Below are positions 15,938 through 28,332 of a DNA stretch of 64,000 nt, one piece after another (position 1 is the stretch's first letter; each line of letters opens with the position of its first letter). The translations under genes and the position numbers were made by a program. The notes under the pieces are model-generated. The model saw only the letters and a list, made by a program, of their open reading frames with translations, was not told the DNA's origin and searched no databases. Origin of the DNA: Octopus vulgaris (lineage: Eukaryota); assembly GCA_951406725.2 (NCBI GenBank), contig OX597814.1, forward strand, positions 178,312,001 to 178,376,000. The letters run 5' to 3'.

Positions 15938-16100
15938 TACGACAGGCTTCTTTCAGTTTCCGTCTACCAAATCCACTCACAAGGCATTGGTCGGCCCGGG
16001 GCTATAGCAGAAGACACTTACCCAAAATGCCACGCAGTGGGACTGAACCCGGAACCATGTGGTTGGTTAGCAAGCTACTTACCACACAGCCACTACTGCA
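15684..16100 (-). mobile_element. SINE family B, near full length
   Basis: Reverse complement of 18568-19295 without the inserted segment. Confidence 0.9.
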
Positions 16101-16179
16101 CGAGTAGTTAAAATAATAAGTAACTCAGGTGTATTACTCTTTAAAGAATGCAAATGAAATTTAATAGTAGTAATTAATG

Positions 16180-17960
16180 GTTTATTAACTAATCGTAGCA
16201 ACGCGGAGAGAACAATTTCGGTCCGATGTTATTTATAACACAATTATTCCTCATGTTAGTATTCCACATGTAGCGATACATGTTCAAGAATGTAATTTGT
16301 TTCACATGTAGTTTTAATGATAGCCACCCGGCTTTACCGGTAATAACTGTAATGAATGTTATAAAGGATCGTGTATTATTCGACGTTTAATTCTAAACAT
16401 GGTACCCTAAGTGTAGCGCTACAGGTTAACGATGTATACCTATACCATCTCATGTGTGGATCTACTGATAGAAGTCAGAATGACGGTAACAACTATACGG
16501 TAAATAGTTACAGAAAGTATATCATCAAAACAGTTGTTATTATAGCAGTAACTCACATCAGCGTCACTAATAGTTGCAATATCAGCAAGAAAATATTTAT
16601 ATCACATGAGTAGTTATAGCGACATAGAGCCCACATGTAGTTGTAATAACTGCTGATGTAACTGTAGCAACAACAGCTAAAGAATTTGAAGATGTTATGT
16701 ATAGTCGTAACGATAGTATACCGTATGTAGCAGTAACATATTCTAGCAGTGATAGTTGCAATGAATAACTCTAGAAATGTGGATAACACACGTGTAGTTG
16801 TAACAGTTGAGACGCGCATATAGCTGTAACAGTTCTACACTAGTAGCTCTGCAAAGTGTGGCTGTCACATGTATAGTTGTGAAGGTAATACTCCATATGT
16901 TTAAGTAATAATTCTAGTAGTGTTACTCTCAATGAATAACTTTAGAAACGTATACATCACACGTGTAGTTGGAATGTTAGTTATAATGTTAAGTCTCGCA
17001 TATAGCAGTAGAAAATCTTATAGTGATGGTTGTTGTAATAACTCTGGAAAGGCGGCTACCACACGCATAGTTGTAATGATAGCTGTGAGGTAGCTGGCAG
17101 AAACGTTAGCACGCCGGGCGAAATGCGTAGCCGTATTTCGTCTGCCGTTATGTTCTGAGTTCAAATTCCGCCGAGGTCGACTTTGCCTTTCATCCTTTCG
17201 GGGTCGATAAATTAAGTACCAGTTACGCACTGAGGTTGATATAATCGATTTAATCCGTTTGTCTGTCCTTGTTTGTCCCTCTCTGTGTTTAGCCCCTTGT
17301 GGGTAGTAAAGAAATAGGTATAACTTTAGGTATCACGCGTAAAGTAGTATCTCATATGTACGAATAACATTCCAGAAGGGATTGTTAGAATAATAGCGCT
17401 TTAAATGTGGCAAACACAAGTTTAGCTATAATAGAAGACCCCATACATTGCAGCACAATTCTAGTAATTTTAGTTGTAATAAATAACTTTGCAAATGTGC
17501 AACTGTAATGTTAGCTACAATTCTAGCAGTGATAATTACAATAACAGTTCTGTGAATCTGGTTGTTAATCCACGAAGTGTAATGAAATTTTTCCATATGC
17601 AACACTAAGGATTTTGGTTCTATAGTTAGTTACAGTAATAGTTCTGGTAATGTGGCCCCTATACGTGAAACTGCACCGTTAGTATCCCATATGTAATCAT
17701 AAAAATTCATAACAGTAATACTTACGGTAATAATACTAATCCGTATAACTATAGTGATAGTATCCCTTATGTAACAAGAAGAATTCTAGCAGTGCTCGCT
17801 ATAGAAATAATTCTGAAAATCTGACCACTAGCCACGTTGTTGTAATGGTAGTCTCCCATATGTAGCAATGAGAATCTTAGCAATGATTGTTGAAATAAAT
17901 AGCTCTAGAAATGTAGATTTCACACAAGTAGCTAAAATGATAATGACCCGTATAATTGTT
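16180..17960. repeat. Highly diverged tandem array, period about 85-91 bp
   Basis: Recurring unit atatgtagca..aattctagcagtg..aataactctagaaatgtgg..cacacgtgtagttgtaatg, with anchors near 16741, 16911, 17521, 17782 and 17873; interrupted by a SINE. Confidence 0.65.
17088..17318 (+). mobile_element. SINE family A, near full length
   Basis: tRNA-like head (agctggcagaaacgttagc, B-box gagttcaaattcc), central gtcgactttgcctttcatcctttcggggtcgataa domain and tail gtaaagaaatagg. Confidence 0.92.
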
Positions 17961-18567
17961 GTTTCATAGTTGAAATATCAGGCAAGGAGAGCGAACGGTT
18001 ACGTAAGTATTAGAAATGACACGCATGGATTTTGTGGTAACAACTTTACCTATAATGAACATAGTGATATTTGCTGCTTGAGTGTGAATGCTACACAAAC
18101 TGTTGCTATGGTAACACATGGATTCAATGCTAACAAATTTAGCTCTAAAAAAGAAAAAGCATGCAAACTAATAAAAGCCATTCTCATGTGAAAGTCTTTA
18201 GCTGGTTGCTTAAATTGCTAAAAATAGTAGCTACTTATTTTTCTTTCGAAATAAAAGCTACCTAGAGTATGGGATGGTCATAGTTGGAAAACTTTGGATC
18301 ACAGCTTCTCCCATTCAAGGTTGGATTGTTATTCAACAACAACAACAACAATAGCAACAACAGCAAAACAAATGTTCATGATACAACGTGATCAGGAGTA
18401 ACAGTACCCGGATGTATAAGCAACAAGGTGATAATACCCGGATGTGAAGGTAAAAGACACACATGCACATACACCCGCACTGATTCTGAGTAATCAAATC
18501 AAGGTAAACTAACAGGTGTAGAAGCTACGTGTTGTGTCAGTACCCGGATGCAATAATTAGTATCATA

Positions 18568-18767
18568 GGTGTAGGAGTGGCTGTATGGTAAGTAACTTGC
18601 TTACCAACCACATGGTTCCGAGTTCAGTCACACTGTGTGGCACTTTGGGCAAGTGTATTCTACTATAGCCTCGGGCTGACCAAAGCCTTGTGAGTGGATT
18701 TGGTAGACGGAAACTGAAAGAAGCCCGTCGTATATATATATATGTATGTATATATATAATATATATA

Positions 18768-18819
<52 letters not shown>

Positions 18820-19024
18820 ATATATATATATATAGTTAATCCAAACAAGAAAACACAAAAACAAAAAACACAACAACGTGAGGACGTGGAACAAATAAAG
18901 TATTATTGGACGCTCAGGAAAGAAGGGAAGAAGGGGGGTTTAACGTTTCGAGCGGAGCTCTTCGTCGGAAACATAGGAGAAGGAAAGATCCTGAGAAGGG
19001 AAGACAGAGGCAAAAAATCGCCAG

Positions 19025-19076
<52 letters not shown>

Positions 19077-19295
19077 TTGTGTGTCTGTATTTGCCCCCCC
19101 CCCACATCACTTGGCAACTGATGCTAGTATGTTTACGTCCCCGTAACTTAGCAATTCGGCAAAAGAGGCCGATAGAATAAGTACTAGGCTTACAAAGAAT
19201 AAGTCCTGTGGTCGATTTGCCTGACTAAAAGCAGTGCTCCAGCATGGCCGCTGTCAAATGACTGAAACAAGTAAAAGATTAAAAGAATAGAAGAG
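18568..19295 (+). mobile_element. SINE family B with a 192-bp hammerhead element inserted in its internal TA tract
   Basis: Head ggtgtaggagtggctgtatggtaag to 18730; 3' part from 19075; insertion at 18835-19026. Confidence 0.9.
18938..18972 (-). ncRNA. Minimal type I hammerhead-like ribozyme motif (core CCGACGA)
   Basis: Minus strand guuu-CCGACGA-a-gagc-ucc-gcuc-GAAAC-GUU-aaac: stem I guuu/aaac, stem II gagc/gcuc, palindrome AACGUU in place of stem III. Confidence 0.55.
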
Positions 19296-19980
19296 TAACG
19301 GTAACTAAAGCAACATTTAGAAATGTAGCTGTTATTGTATCGCCCTTGGTCAGTTTTCTGAGCAGACTCCTAAACAATTGTGCTCAAGCTATGACCGTTC
19401 CTTTATTTCAATTGGGTATTACGTACAGTTCAATGTATACAGCTCTTTTGGAGACATTAGGGAGTAATCAGAGAGAGTTTTAGCTACTACGTGTAGAATA
19501 AACATTCATACGGAAGCATGCTTGCTCGTTGTGGAGTTGTAGAGATGTGGAGTGGTAGAGGTAACAACCGGATAGACACAATAACAAGGTTGTCGAACTG
19601 AAGTGATAATGATAAGTGAAGATTATCACTCCTAGCTATCATGAACACACAACGAGGTGGGAACCTTCTGTGTGGTCGCTGGAATTTCTAGAAATAGATG
19701 ACAGATCACCACCAGTTCTCATCAAATATCGTATCGGGAAAAAATAAGAGGAGGCACATGGTATGACAATAACTACAAGATATCTGTAAGACAAAAACAG
19801 GTGATGGTTAAAGTTAACTTTGGCAAAACAATAACATCAACAACAACAGCCATGATAACATCTAAGGAGACACGGTTCTTCATTTTCGCTCGTCATGTTA
19901 TAAATAGCAGCCAATTTCCCGCAACATAATCTCTTTTATCTTAATTATAGGTTAATGCAATTACTTCTTACATATATAAA

Positions 19981-20215
19981 GACTCTGCCGGTTACGACGT
20001 CGAGGGTCCCAGCTGATACGATCAACGGAACAGCTTGCTCGTGAAATTAACGTGCGAATGGCTGAGCATTCCACAGACACGTGTACCCTTAACGTAGTTC
20101 TCGGGGATAATCAGCGTGACACAGAGAGTGACAAGGCTGACCCTTTGAAATACAAGTACAACTCATTTTTGCCAGCTGAGTGGACTGGAGCAAAGTGAAA
20201 TAAAGTGTCTTGCTC
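19981..20215 (-). mobile_element. 5'-truncated SINE with Nin-like body and tail D
   Basis: The gctccagtccactcagctggcaaaaatgag module is shared with 51090-51150; the tail is shared with 27650-27763. Confidence 0.8.
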
Positions 20216-20645
20216 CTGAACGTAAGATAGGATAGGCATGACCGGAAGGCTCGAAGAGATATGAACAGGTGATAAATAATAACAATATTAATAACAAGTA
20301 TTTAGAATTTAACGTATTTACTGACGATACCTGATGTAGGATATAAGAGATATTAACTTAGAGAGAGCTACATAACACATCTTAAAAATGCCAAGGTGTA
20401 CCGTTTGGAAGAGAAGATCTAGTAGGTACTAAGGAAGCTAGTGGCTGTTAATGTCACACGTTTGACGTACTGGGAATACACAGATATAAGAGGCAACATT
20501 GAAAGCTACGTTTCACTTTGTTGTATATCCTCAAATCGGCCTTCATTGATCAGGCATATGATCAGAAGTGACCCCTCTATCACACGTAACCATTTCTTCC
20601 TTGTCAACTAGTTCTTTTTTCAGAAATACTACAAATAGGACCATA

Positions 20646-20786
20646 TTAGGTTGTCCCCAAAGTTCGTAAACACTTGCGAAAATTGAATTTTTACTCGCCA
20701 AGTACTAACAAAAACAACAAAAATTATTTCTCAAAATAAAGACCATTATTTTCCAAGACTTTCTTCGAAATTTTCGGACAACCTTA
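20646..20786. mobile_element. Tc1/mariner-type MITE, 141 bp
   Basis: TIRs ttaggttgtccccaaagttcg / cgaaattttcggacaacctta (17 of 21 complementary), with TA on both sides; nested in a family G copy. Confidence 0.7.
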
Positions 20787-21267
20787 TATTAAACATTTAC
20801 TTTCCATTTAGCAGGCTATTGTACAATTTGAGGGAAATTTGGTGACTACTTCTAGAATATTCCCTGTTGGTTCAAACTATTTCACACCACATGGTCTCAG
20901 GTTTGATTTCCGTAACCGAATATTATTTGTGAATATTCACAAGACATTTGGTACGTTACCTCTGCCATAGGTTTGTGCCGACCAAAGTGAGTAGAATTCC
21001 GTTATGTATGTTTGCATACATGCAAGCAGGTATGTATGTATATATGTATGCATGCACGTATGTATGCATGTATGTATGCATGCACGTATGCATGCATGTA
21101 TGTATGCATGCATGCACGCACGTATGCTTGCATGTATGTATGTATGCATGTATGTACGTATGTATGTACGTATGTATGAATGTATGTATGCATGAATGTA
21201 TGTATGCATGCATGTATGCACGTATGCACGCATGTATGCATGTATGTATGTATGTGTAATGTATGTT

Positions 21268-21478
21268 CTCTTCCGTTTTTTAGTTATTTAAATTCTTCGT
21301 CTGAGGAAGGACCTGCTTTCTAGCAAACATACAAATCTCCGCCGTCGGAAAGTAGATAACGAAAACAACGTCGCATTTTAAACTTGGGAAAAGTCTTCCG
21401 TATTTCTAAGGTTCCACCAACAAACTGTATTTGATTTCATTTTGTGAAAATTCAGGCTTTTCTAGACAGTTAGTTATG
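21268..21478 (-). mobile_element. 3' end of an R4/Dong-like RLE non-LTR retrotransposon in (CATA)n
   Basis: Minus strand encodes IQFVGGTLEIRKTFPKF, similar to the C-termini at 22.9, 23.3 and 55.4 kb. Confidence 0.55.
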
Positions 21479-22077
21479 TATGTATGCATGTATGAATGTG
21501 TGTATGCATGTATGTGTGTATGCATGTATGTGTGTATGCATGTATGTGTGTATGCATGTATGTGTGTATGCATGTATGTGTGTGTATGCTTGTATGTGTG
21601 TATGCATCTATGTGTGTATGCATGTATGTGTGTATGCATGTGTGTATGTGTGTGTATGTATGTGTGTGTGTGTATGTGTGTGTGTATGTGTGTGTGTATG
21701 TGTGTATGTGTGTGTGTATGTATGTGTGTATGTATGTGTGTATGCATGTATGTATGCTTGTATGTGTGTAGGCATATACGCACACGTAGGCAGGCAGACA
21801 TAGGTATACACACTCCATCGTTAGTGGAGTATCCAACCATTCTTACACAATATATATGACAGAAGGAAAAAAATGAAAAAAGCACAGCAGAGTTTTGCAA
21901 CCTCTGTAATTGAATAAAAGGTTTCATGTAATGGGGAACCCAACTTAACATAAGACGACCGAATATTGCAGGTGAGAGAAACTTGGAAGGTATGTAAAGA
22001 TGTAAGTGCCTATGTATTTGTGCGTGTGTATTATGTATGTATATGCTCATGCGTGCTTGTATGTATGTATGTATGTA

Positions 22078-22585
22078 CAACTTGTTGCATGGTCGGATCG
22101 TCGGCGACTAAACCGGCAACCCCACCAAGCTTGCTTGGTGAGGAGGGTGTTTATTGGACACCCTGCGGGATGAAAACAAAACCCGTCAAAGGGTGGAGGA
22201 ACTCTTGAGAGACAACGGCCATCCAATAAATGTCTTAAGGCTGGATCATGCGCGGGGACAGAAATAATCGGACTGAATACCCGATCGCACAGTTAAACCA
22301 TTGGGAGTGAAGGACTCCTAGCCTTTGTTAGGGTATCCTTCTAGGAGAAGGTAACTCAGGTAACTGGGATAACTCCGATATAAAACCTGCGGCTCTGTGG
22401 TTACCGATGATGTTGACTTGTTCTTCTTTTCGGATTATGGCTGCTGTTGCTTAGTGAGTGGGATTGACTCAGTGCACTGCCTTTCCCCAACTTCAAAAAA
22501 AATCTTCTTGCACAGGCATTGCACGATAACAACATTGATTAAGTTTCGTGCAATGGCCATACTCGTTAACGAGGGGGCAGCCACC
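22078..22585. mobile_element. About 510-bp structured, relatively GC-rich insertion in (TATG)n, unclassified
   Basis: Sharp boundaries against (TATG)n on both sides and several perfect hairpins. Confidence 0.6.
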
Positions 22586-22654
22586 ATGTATGTATGTATG
22601 TATGTATGTATGTATGTATGTATGTATGTATGTATGCATGCATGTATGTATGTA

Positions 22655-23160
22655 TCATTATTCAATTTTATTTCAAGGTATCTTGCTAATAAAGAAACAT
22701 CCGGTTTCTAAGCTAGATCCAAGGTTCCTTCATTGAAATTTCAATAACATAACATAGTATTTTTGTATGTATGTGTGTACATGTGCAGTATTCGGAGTTC
22801 ATGCAGATTTTTATGCTTTGTTTTATGCATGTATTCTCACGTATATAATTACATGTCTAGACCTGCGCATATATACTTAAATAATAAACTTCTGCACAGT
22901 TTTACAAATTTTTACAGTTTCAGTGATGGCTTGTAATGGTAGTCCTTGAATCAGCGTTCTCCTTTCGGTTTTTGAAGAGCCTAATTTCTCAAGATTGATA
23001 CGAAGATAGTGTTACATGTCCCAGTGCCCCAATAATTACATGTATGAACCTGAACTTGTAATCTGGGTAAAGTGATAGTAGATTTCACAACAGTTCAGCG
23101 TAGATATTTTTTTCGATGATCTTTCGCTTTATGTTAACAGCTGCTGGGCTCTACTTCCGT
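22655..23160 (-). mobile_element. R4/Dong-like LINE 3' fragment (restriction-like endonuclease C-terminus plus 3' UTR)
   Basis: Decayed translation PAAVNIKRKIIEK..YAELL*NLLSLYPDYKFRFIHVIIGALGHV..QAITETVKICKTVQKF fits the RLE pattern P.D.NI..K..EK..Y..L and IIGALG. Confidence 0.75.
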
Positions 23161-23174
23161 ACATACACATGTAT

Positions 23175-23356
23175 GTCCCTTCTATTTTTTAATTAGTATA
23201 TATCTTCCACTGAGAAGGGAGCCGGTTTCTAATAAATTACGAGGCTCCATCTTTGAGATGTAGTTAACACAAACAAATTCACATTTGGAACTTGAGAAAA
23301 GTCTTGTATATTATCACAGTTCCACTCACAGGAATGAGCCGGTCGATTTCTCTTGT
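23175..23356 (-). mobile_element. 3' end of a related R4/Dong-like subfamily in (CATA)n
   Basis: The ORF-track peptide ends SGTVIIYKTFLKFQM*; the 3' UTR motif ttagaaaccgg is shared with other copies. Confidence 0.6.
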
Positions 23357-24027
23357 ATGTATGTATGTATGTATGTATGTATGTATGTATGTATGTATAC
23401 AAAACCTACGGAAGAAATTTGCCAAATCGAAAAAATGACTGCTTTCGAGGAAGGACATAGTACTGCCAGCTGTCCCTGGATGGATGTGCAGTCTGAACTC
23501 CACTCTTATAGACTTTATGCATACATACATAAGTACATACCTATATACATATATAATATTATGTATGTATGAATGTATGTATGCATGTATGCCTATGTGT
23601 ATGTGTGTGGGTGTGTTTCACTATAATGTTTGCCTGAAGCCCAGCACAGATGTTCCAAGCGCATATTAAGCCTCAACAACAACAATTTTTTGTGTCGAGT
23701 TCTTATTCGCAGAGAATAAGTGGTGGTTGAGCATATATCGCCAAACTCCAAACGGTCATAATGATAGAATGCGTGGAGGAATATTAATATAAACATGTGT
23801 ATCCTTATTTTCCTTACACACGTGCAACAAAGGGAGATATTTTTGCGATTAACTTAAACAGAACTTTCCATTAGATATATTTCTAAATTCTTCTACCGAT
23901 ACGATGTAAATCACCCATTACGTATTTAGAAGCTTTTCGAAATACGGATATGTTTCGAGTCTATAATGTATATTGAGCCTTTTAATCGTCTAACATATTT
24001 AACTTGCTAGGTCTGTTATGCGAGGTT

Positions 24028-24745
24028 AATTCGTCTATCGTTGTCGACGATGACGAAGGGAATCACATGGGAGAAAGAGACGTGCCACAGTGTGTCCGGC
24101 TGTGGCAAATCACTCCGATGCGTGCTCGGAAGACTCTGCAGTAGGTTGAGTACCAGTGGTCCGTTGGAACTGAAGCCAATGTGTTGTCTCGGATTTGCCT
24201 AGTTCACGTTTTCTTTCTGCCTTTAAAATCCTGTTCTGTGCGTAAAATGTGGCCCTACAGTTGGTTCACCTTCGTCAGGCAGAGCAGTCTTTTGCTTGCA
24301 TCTCCAAGGTATTGGCTTTGGTCTCAAAGTTGTTAGACGGATTTTGAGTGTGTGTCCTTGAAGCTCTTTTTCTGTATACTGTGCGTGCTAGTCAAGTGTC
24401 AGGCTTGGAGAATCACGTGTCAAGCTTTCAAAGAAGGTGCCCTACCAGACTGATTTGCACTCTCCGCAGCATTGTGTTAATGCTTGACGGATCAGCACGA
24501 GACAGGATCTTATGTCTGGGACCTTGTATTGCTAGGTGATTTTCAATAGCTTTCTCAAGCAGATCATGTGGAAGCGGTTCAGCTTTTTGCGTGGTGTTTG
24601 TAGACCATCCAAGTCTTGCAGGCGTACAGTGGCATTAGGCAGTACAACTGCCCGGTACACCTTCAACTTGGGGACTAGCCCAATTCCACTCCTCTCCCAC
24701 ACCGATCCACGTAGCTGCAAGAATGCTGAGCTTCCCCTAGCGATA
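24028..24745 (-). mobile_element. RTE/BovB-type LINE, 5'-truncated 3' fragment
   Basis: Translation ARGSSAFLQLRGSVWERSGIGLVPKLKVYRAVVLP and KKLNRFHMICLRKLLKIT is typical of the post-RT region of RTE-BovB; frameshifted. Confidence 0.88.
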
Positions 24746-25380
24746 CTTTTGTTATATACACGCACACTACTTTTGTGTGTGTATATATATATATATAATA
24801 GTAGGGAATATAATTCCAAACTTACAGGAAAAAATTCAATTTAGCAATTCTAAGTCAAATTTCACATTATATAATATATGATTAAGAGAAATAACCTCTA
24901 TTAAGTAATTCAATAGTGAAAGACATTATCTATATCATTTAGAAAAAAAATTAAATATACTATAATAATTATTATTCTAAAAATCACAAGTATTTTTTTC
25001 TATATGATATAGTCTTTCGCTATTGAATTACTTAATAACGGTTATTTCTCTTAATTATATATATATACATATATACATTCTAACATTTATATATATATAT
25101 ATATACATTCATATATCTATCATTCTTTAACAAGAATAACATTGACGGTGACCAGGAAGTTTTGGCTTCAACAAACAGGCTAAATCATTGAAGTCCCTAT
25201 CAACACTATTATTAATAAAGAATTATTATGAATAGTTAATCTACAGAAAGTCTTGAGTGATCCTTCAATTTAATGTAAAATTGCATTTAAGTAAATATGT
25301 CTTGATCTAGCTGAACCATAATGAAATCCATACCATTCGTACACTTCTGTCTTTCGTTTCAGAGCAAACTTTATCAAAGA

Positions 25381-25771
25381 CTAGCAGTATCGCCCAGCGT
25401 TGCTCGGGTTTGTTTCCACCCTTTAGAATTGGAATGTTTGAAAAGTAAAAATGTTGCATTATGTAGCTTGTTATTCTCTTTAAGTGAACATTTTTCTGGT
25501 TGAAATACATTGAAAAGTTACGACACAGCTATCATAAATCGTAAAAAATAGGGATATCCATAAAAAAAAAGCACCTTTTTGATATAAATAATTTTTGGTG
25601 TTAACATGGTCCGATTTGAATTTTGTCTTCCACGAAAGGAAGAGCAAGCCTTCTTCTATCCTACTCTTAATTTTGGTCACCTTGCGCCGCAGGGTCTCGG
25701 AGGAGATAGTGTTAGTTGAAGGCTACCAAACCTGCCATACACAGACAACTTCAGTTTTATATATAGAGAGA
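25381..25771 (-). mobile_element. Non-autonomous Helitron, 391 bp
   Basis: The minus strand starts TC and ends CTAG. It has the subterminal GC hairpin cccgagcaacgctggg and is inserted between A and T with no TSD, splitting a family G copy. Confidence 0.82.
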
Positions 25772-26885
25772 TTACATAATTCAATGTGTCCTTTATTCAT
25801 TAAAGATGGCAGGTGTTATTTAGAGTGGTATTTGGCTGCTATTCCTAGCAGATCAAGTAAATTGATATATGCTTTTGGTTGGATTTGGATATATGTAGAA
25901 ATAATACGTTATATTAGAAGTTGCAGATCTCACCGTGTTGCCTAACACAAACATGTTTAGATACATGGAAAACGACAGCAGATGCTGGTGTAATATAGCA
26001 ATATAAAAAGTAAATGAAATGGATAGTGTATGTACCCCGTTATACAGAACTAACTAATACAGATATAATTAAAAGTATGCAATATCAGTGTCAGTTTACA
26101 AATCATAATTACATATGTAATGAGAGGAAAGAAAACGAAAGGTAGGTTTGACACTGGTATATATTTACCAATTTACACTTCTCGACGAAATACTAGAAGC
26201 CGTGCCAATTAGTAATTGCAATCATCAGAAGCGAACATAAAAAGCTGAGACGCTAGAATGGTGTAACAATTGATAATCTATCAGACAATCTCAGATAAAA
26301 GTAAATTTACCATGAGTTAATTACCATCAACGTGATGCAGCTAAATAACTGAAATGATAATCTATCAACAAATTAACTTGCTATTAATATTTCAGATATG
26401 TTATGGAGTTTATAAGATTTGTTCGTACATGCATATGGATCTTTTAAAATTAATATTTGATTCAAAAGCGACTGTCGTTGAAAATTTCTATGCTGTGGAA
26501 TTATTATCATTGTTTCTCATTAATGTGTGTGTATGTGTGTGTGTGCGTACATGCGTGGGTGCATGCGTGCGTGAGTATCTCTCTATATATAGGTATATAA
26601 TTACCGATATAAGTATATAAGTGCCATTCAGCTACACCTGATATATTTCAGTAGAGAAGAGACTGGTTTCAGATGTGACGTGCTTAAGAATAGTTAACAT
26701 ACATTGTGTATAGCAGCCATTTAAGAAGGTGTAACTAATAAAACATAGATAAAAGAAATTTAATACAAAAATGACAAAAAGGCCTGCAAGATATGAAAAA
26801 GTTAAACAAACTAATATAATTAAATTATAAATAGACTCTTAGATACAATAGGTATGATCTATGAAAAACTCAACTCAGCCTCTTA

Positions 26886-27203
26886 CTTTTTTTTTACCCT
26901 TTTCAAGCCTAGCCAGGTTCATGGGCCCGGTTTCCCGGATTCTATGGCGTATGTCTTCCCCCCAGCTGGATGGGACGCCAGTCCATCGCAGCGTTACTCA
27001 AGAAGCAGGAAGAAAGAGTGAGAGAAAGATGGGGGGAAAAATACAACAGGGGTCGCCACCACCTCCTGCCGGAGCCTCGTGGAACTTTTAGGTGTTTTCG
27101 CTCAATAAACACACACACACACACCGCCCGGTCTGGGAAACGAAACCACGACCCTCCGACCGCGAGTCCGCTGCCCTAACCACTGGGCCATTACGCCTCC
27201 ACA
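26886..27203 (-). mobile_element. tRNA-derived SINE family C, full length, V-domain-like tail
   Basis: Head ggaggcgtaatggcccagtggttagggcagcggactc; tail gcgatggactggcgtcccatccagctgg...ggcttgaaaaggg followed by poly(A). Confidence 0.9.
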
Positions 27204-27451
27204 CCCTCGTACTACTGATGCATTTAAAATTTATTGCTATCAAATTATATTCAAAACATAATATTCGAAATTTAAAACATAGGTAAGATATTAATAAAAT
27301 GCATAAACGTGATTCTGCGTGATCAAATAGTCTACTATCAACATTGATATGAGTCGTAAAGAAGAAATTCAATAAGTAACATGTTAAGAAAAGATTAAGA
27401 TAAATCGTAAACCGAAAGTGCTTCATTACAAGCACTTTAATATTAAATGAG

Positions 27452-27763
27452 AGGAAGCGCAATGGCCCAGTGGTTAGAGCAGCGGGCTCGCGGTCGTAGG
27501 ATCGCGGTTTCGATTCCCAGACCGGGCATTGTTAGTGTATATTGAGCGAAAACACCTAAAGCTCCACGAGACTCCGGCAGGAGGAGTGGTGGTGAACCCT
27601 GCTGTACTCTTTCACCATAACTTCCTCTCACTCATTCTTCCTGTTTCTGTTGTACCTGTATTTCAAAGGCCAGCCTTGTCACACTCTGTATGACGCTGAA
27701 TCTCCCCGAGAACTACGTGAAGCGTACACGTGTCTGTGGAGCACTCAGCCATTTGCGCGTTAA
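27452..27763 (+). mobile_element. SINE family C head and body joined to tail D
   Basis: Head matches 27203-27000 reversed; the 3' part matches the reverse of 20040-20160. Confidence 0.85.
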
Positions 27764-27870
27764 TAAATGTGCTGCGACGTCACTGGTGCCAAGCTGTATC
27801 AGCCTTTGCCTTTCCCTTGGATAACATCAGTGACATTGAGAGGGGAGGCCAGTATGCATGGGCGACTGCT

Positions 27871-28180
27871 AGGATTGCACCTAGAAAGTTACCCTCCTTG
27901 GCACAAGTCCGGGCAAAGTTGTTTATGGAAGACCAGTATTCGCCCATGCATACTGGCCTCCCCTCTCCACGCCAAAAGTGTTATCCAAGGGAAAGGCAAA
28001 GGCCGACACAGCTTGGCACCTGTGACGTCGTAACTCATTTCTACAGCTGAGTGAACTGGAGCAACGTGAAATAAAGTGTCTTGCTCAAGAACACAACACG
28101 CAGCCTGGTCCAGGATTCGAACTCACAACCGCATGATCGTAAGCTCGACGCTCTAACCACTGAGCCATGCGCCTTCACAC
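27871..28180 (-). mobile_element. tRNA-derived SINE with Nin-like body and tail F
   Basis: Head gaaggcgcatggctcagtggttagagcg, B-box gagttcgaatcc and body gctccagttcactcagctg. Confidence 0.88.
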
Positions 28181-28332
28181 TCGTGCATAGATTTAGGTGT
28201 CAAAACAGGAAATTCACCATTACACGTTTCAAGTGATAAGAAATACAAAGATTGACATATTAGATAGATATGTAAGGAATTTTCTATTAGAAATTCTTCA
28301 GACAGAGAAATTAAATTAAATTAAATGATGTA

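Noticed and set aside
26886-28180. tRNA genes
   Set aside because: The A/B-box sequences are SINE heads continuing into SINE bodies, with no complete cloverleaf or acceptor stem.
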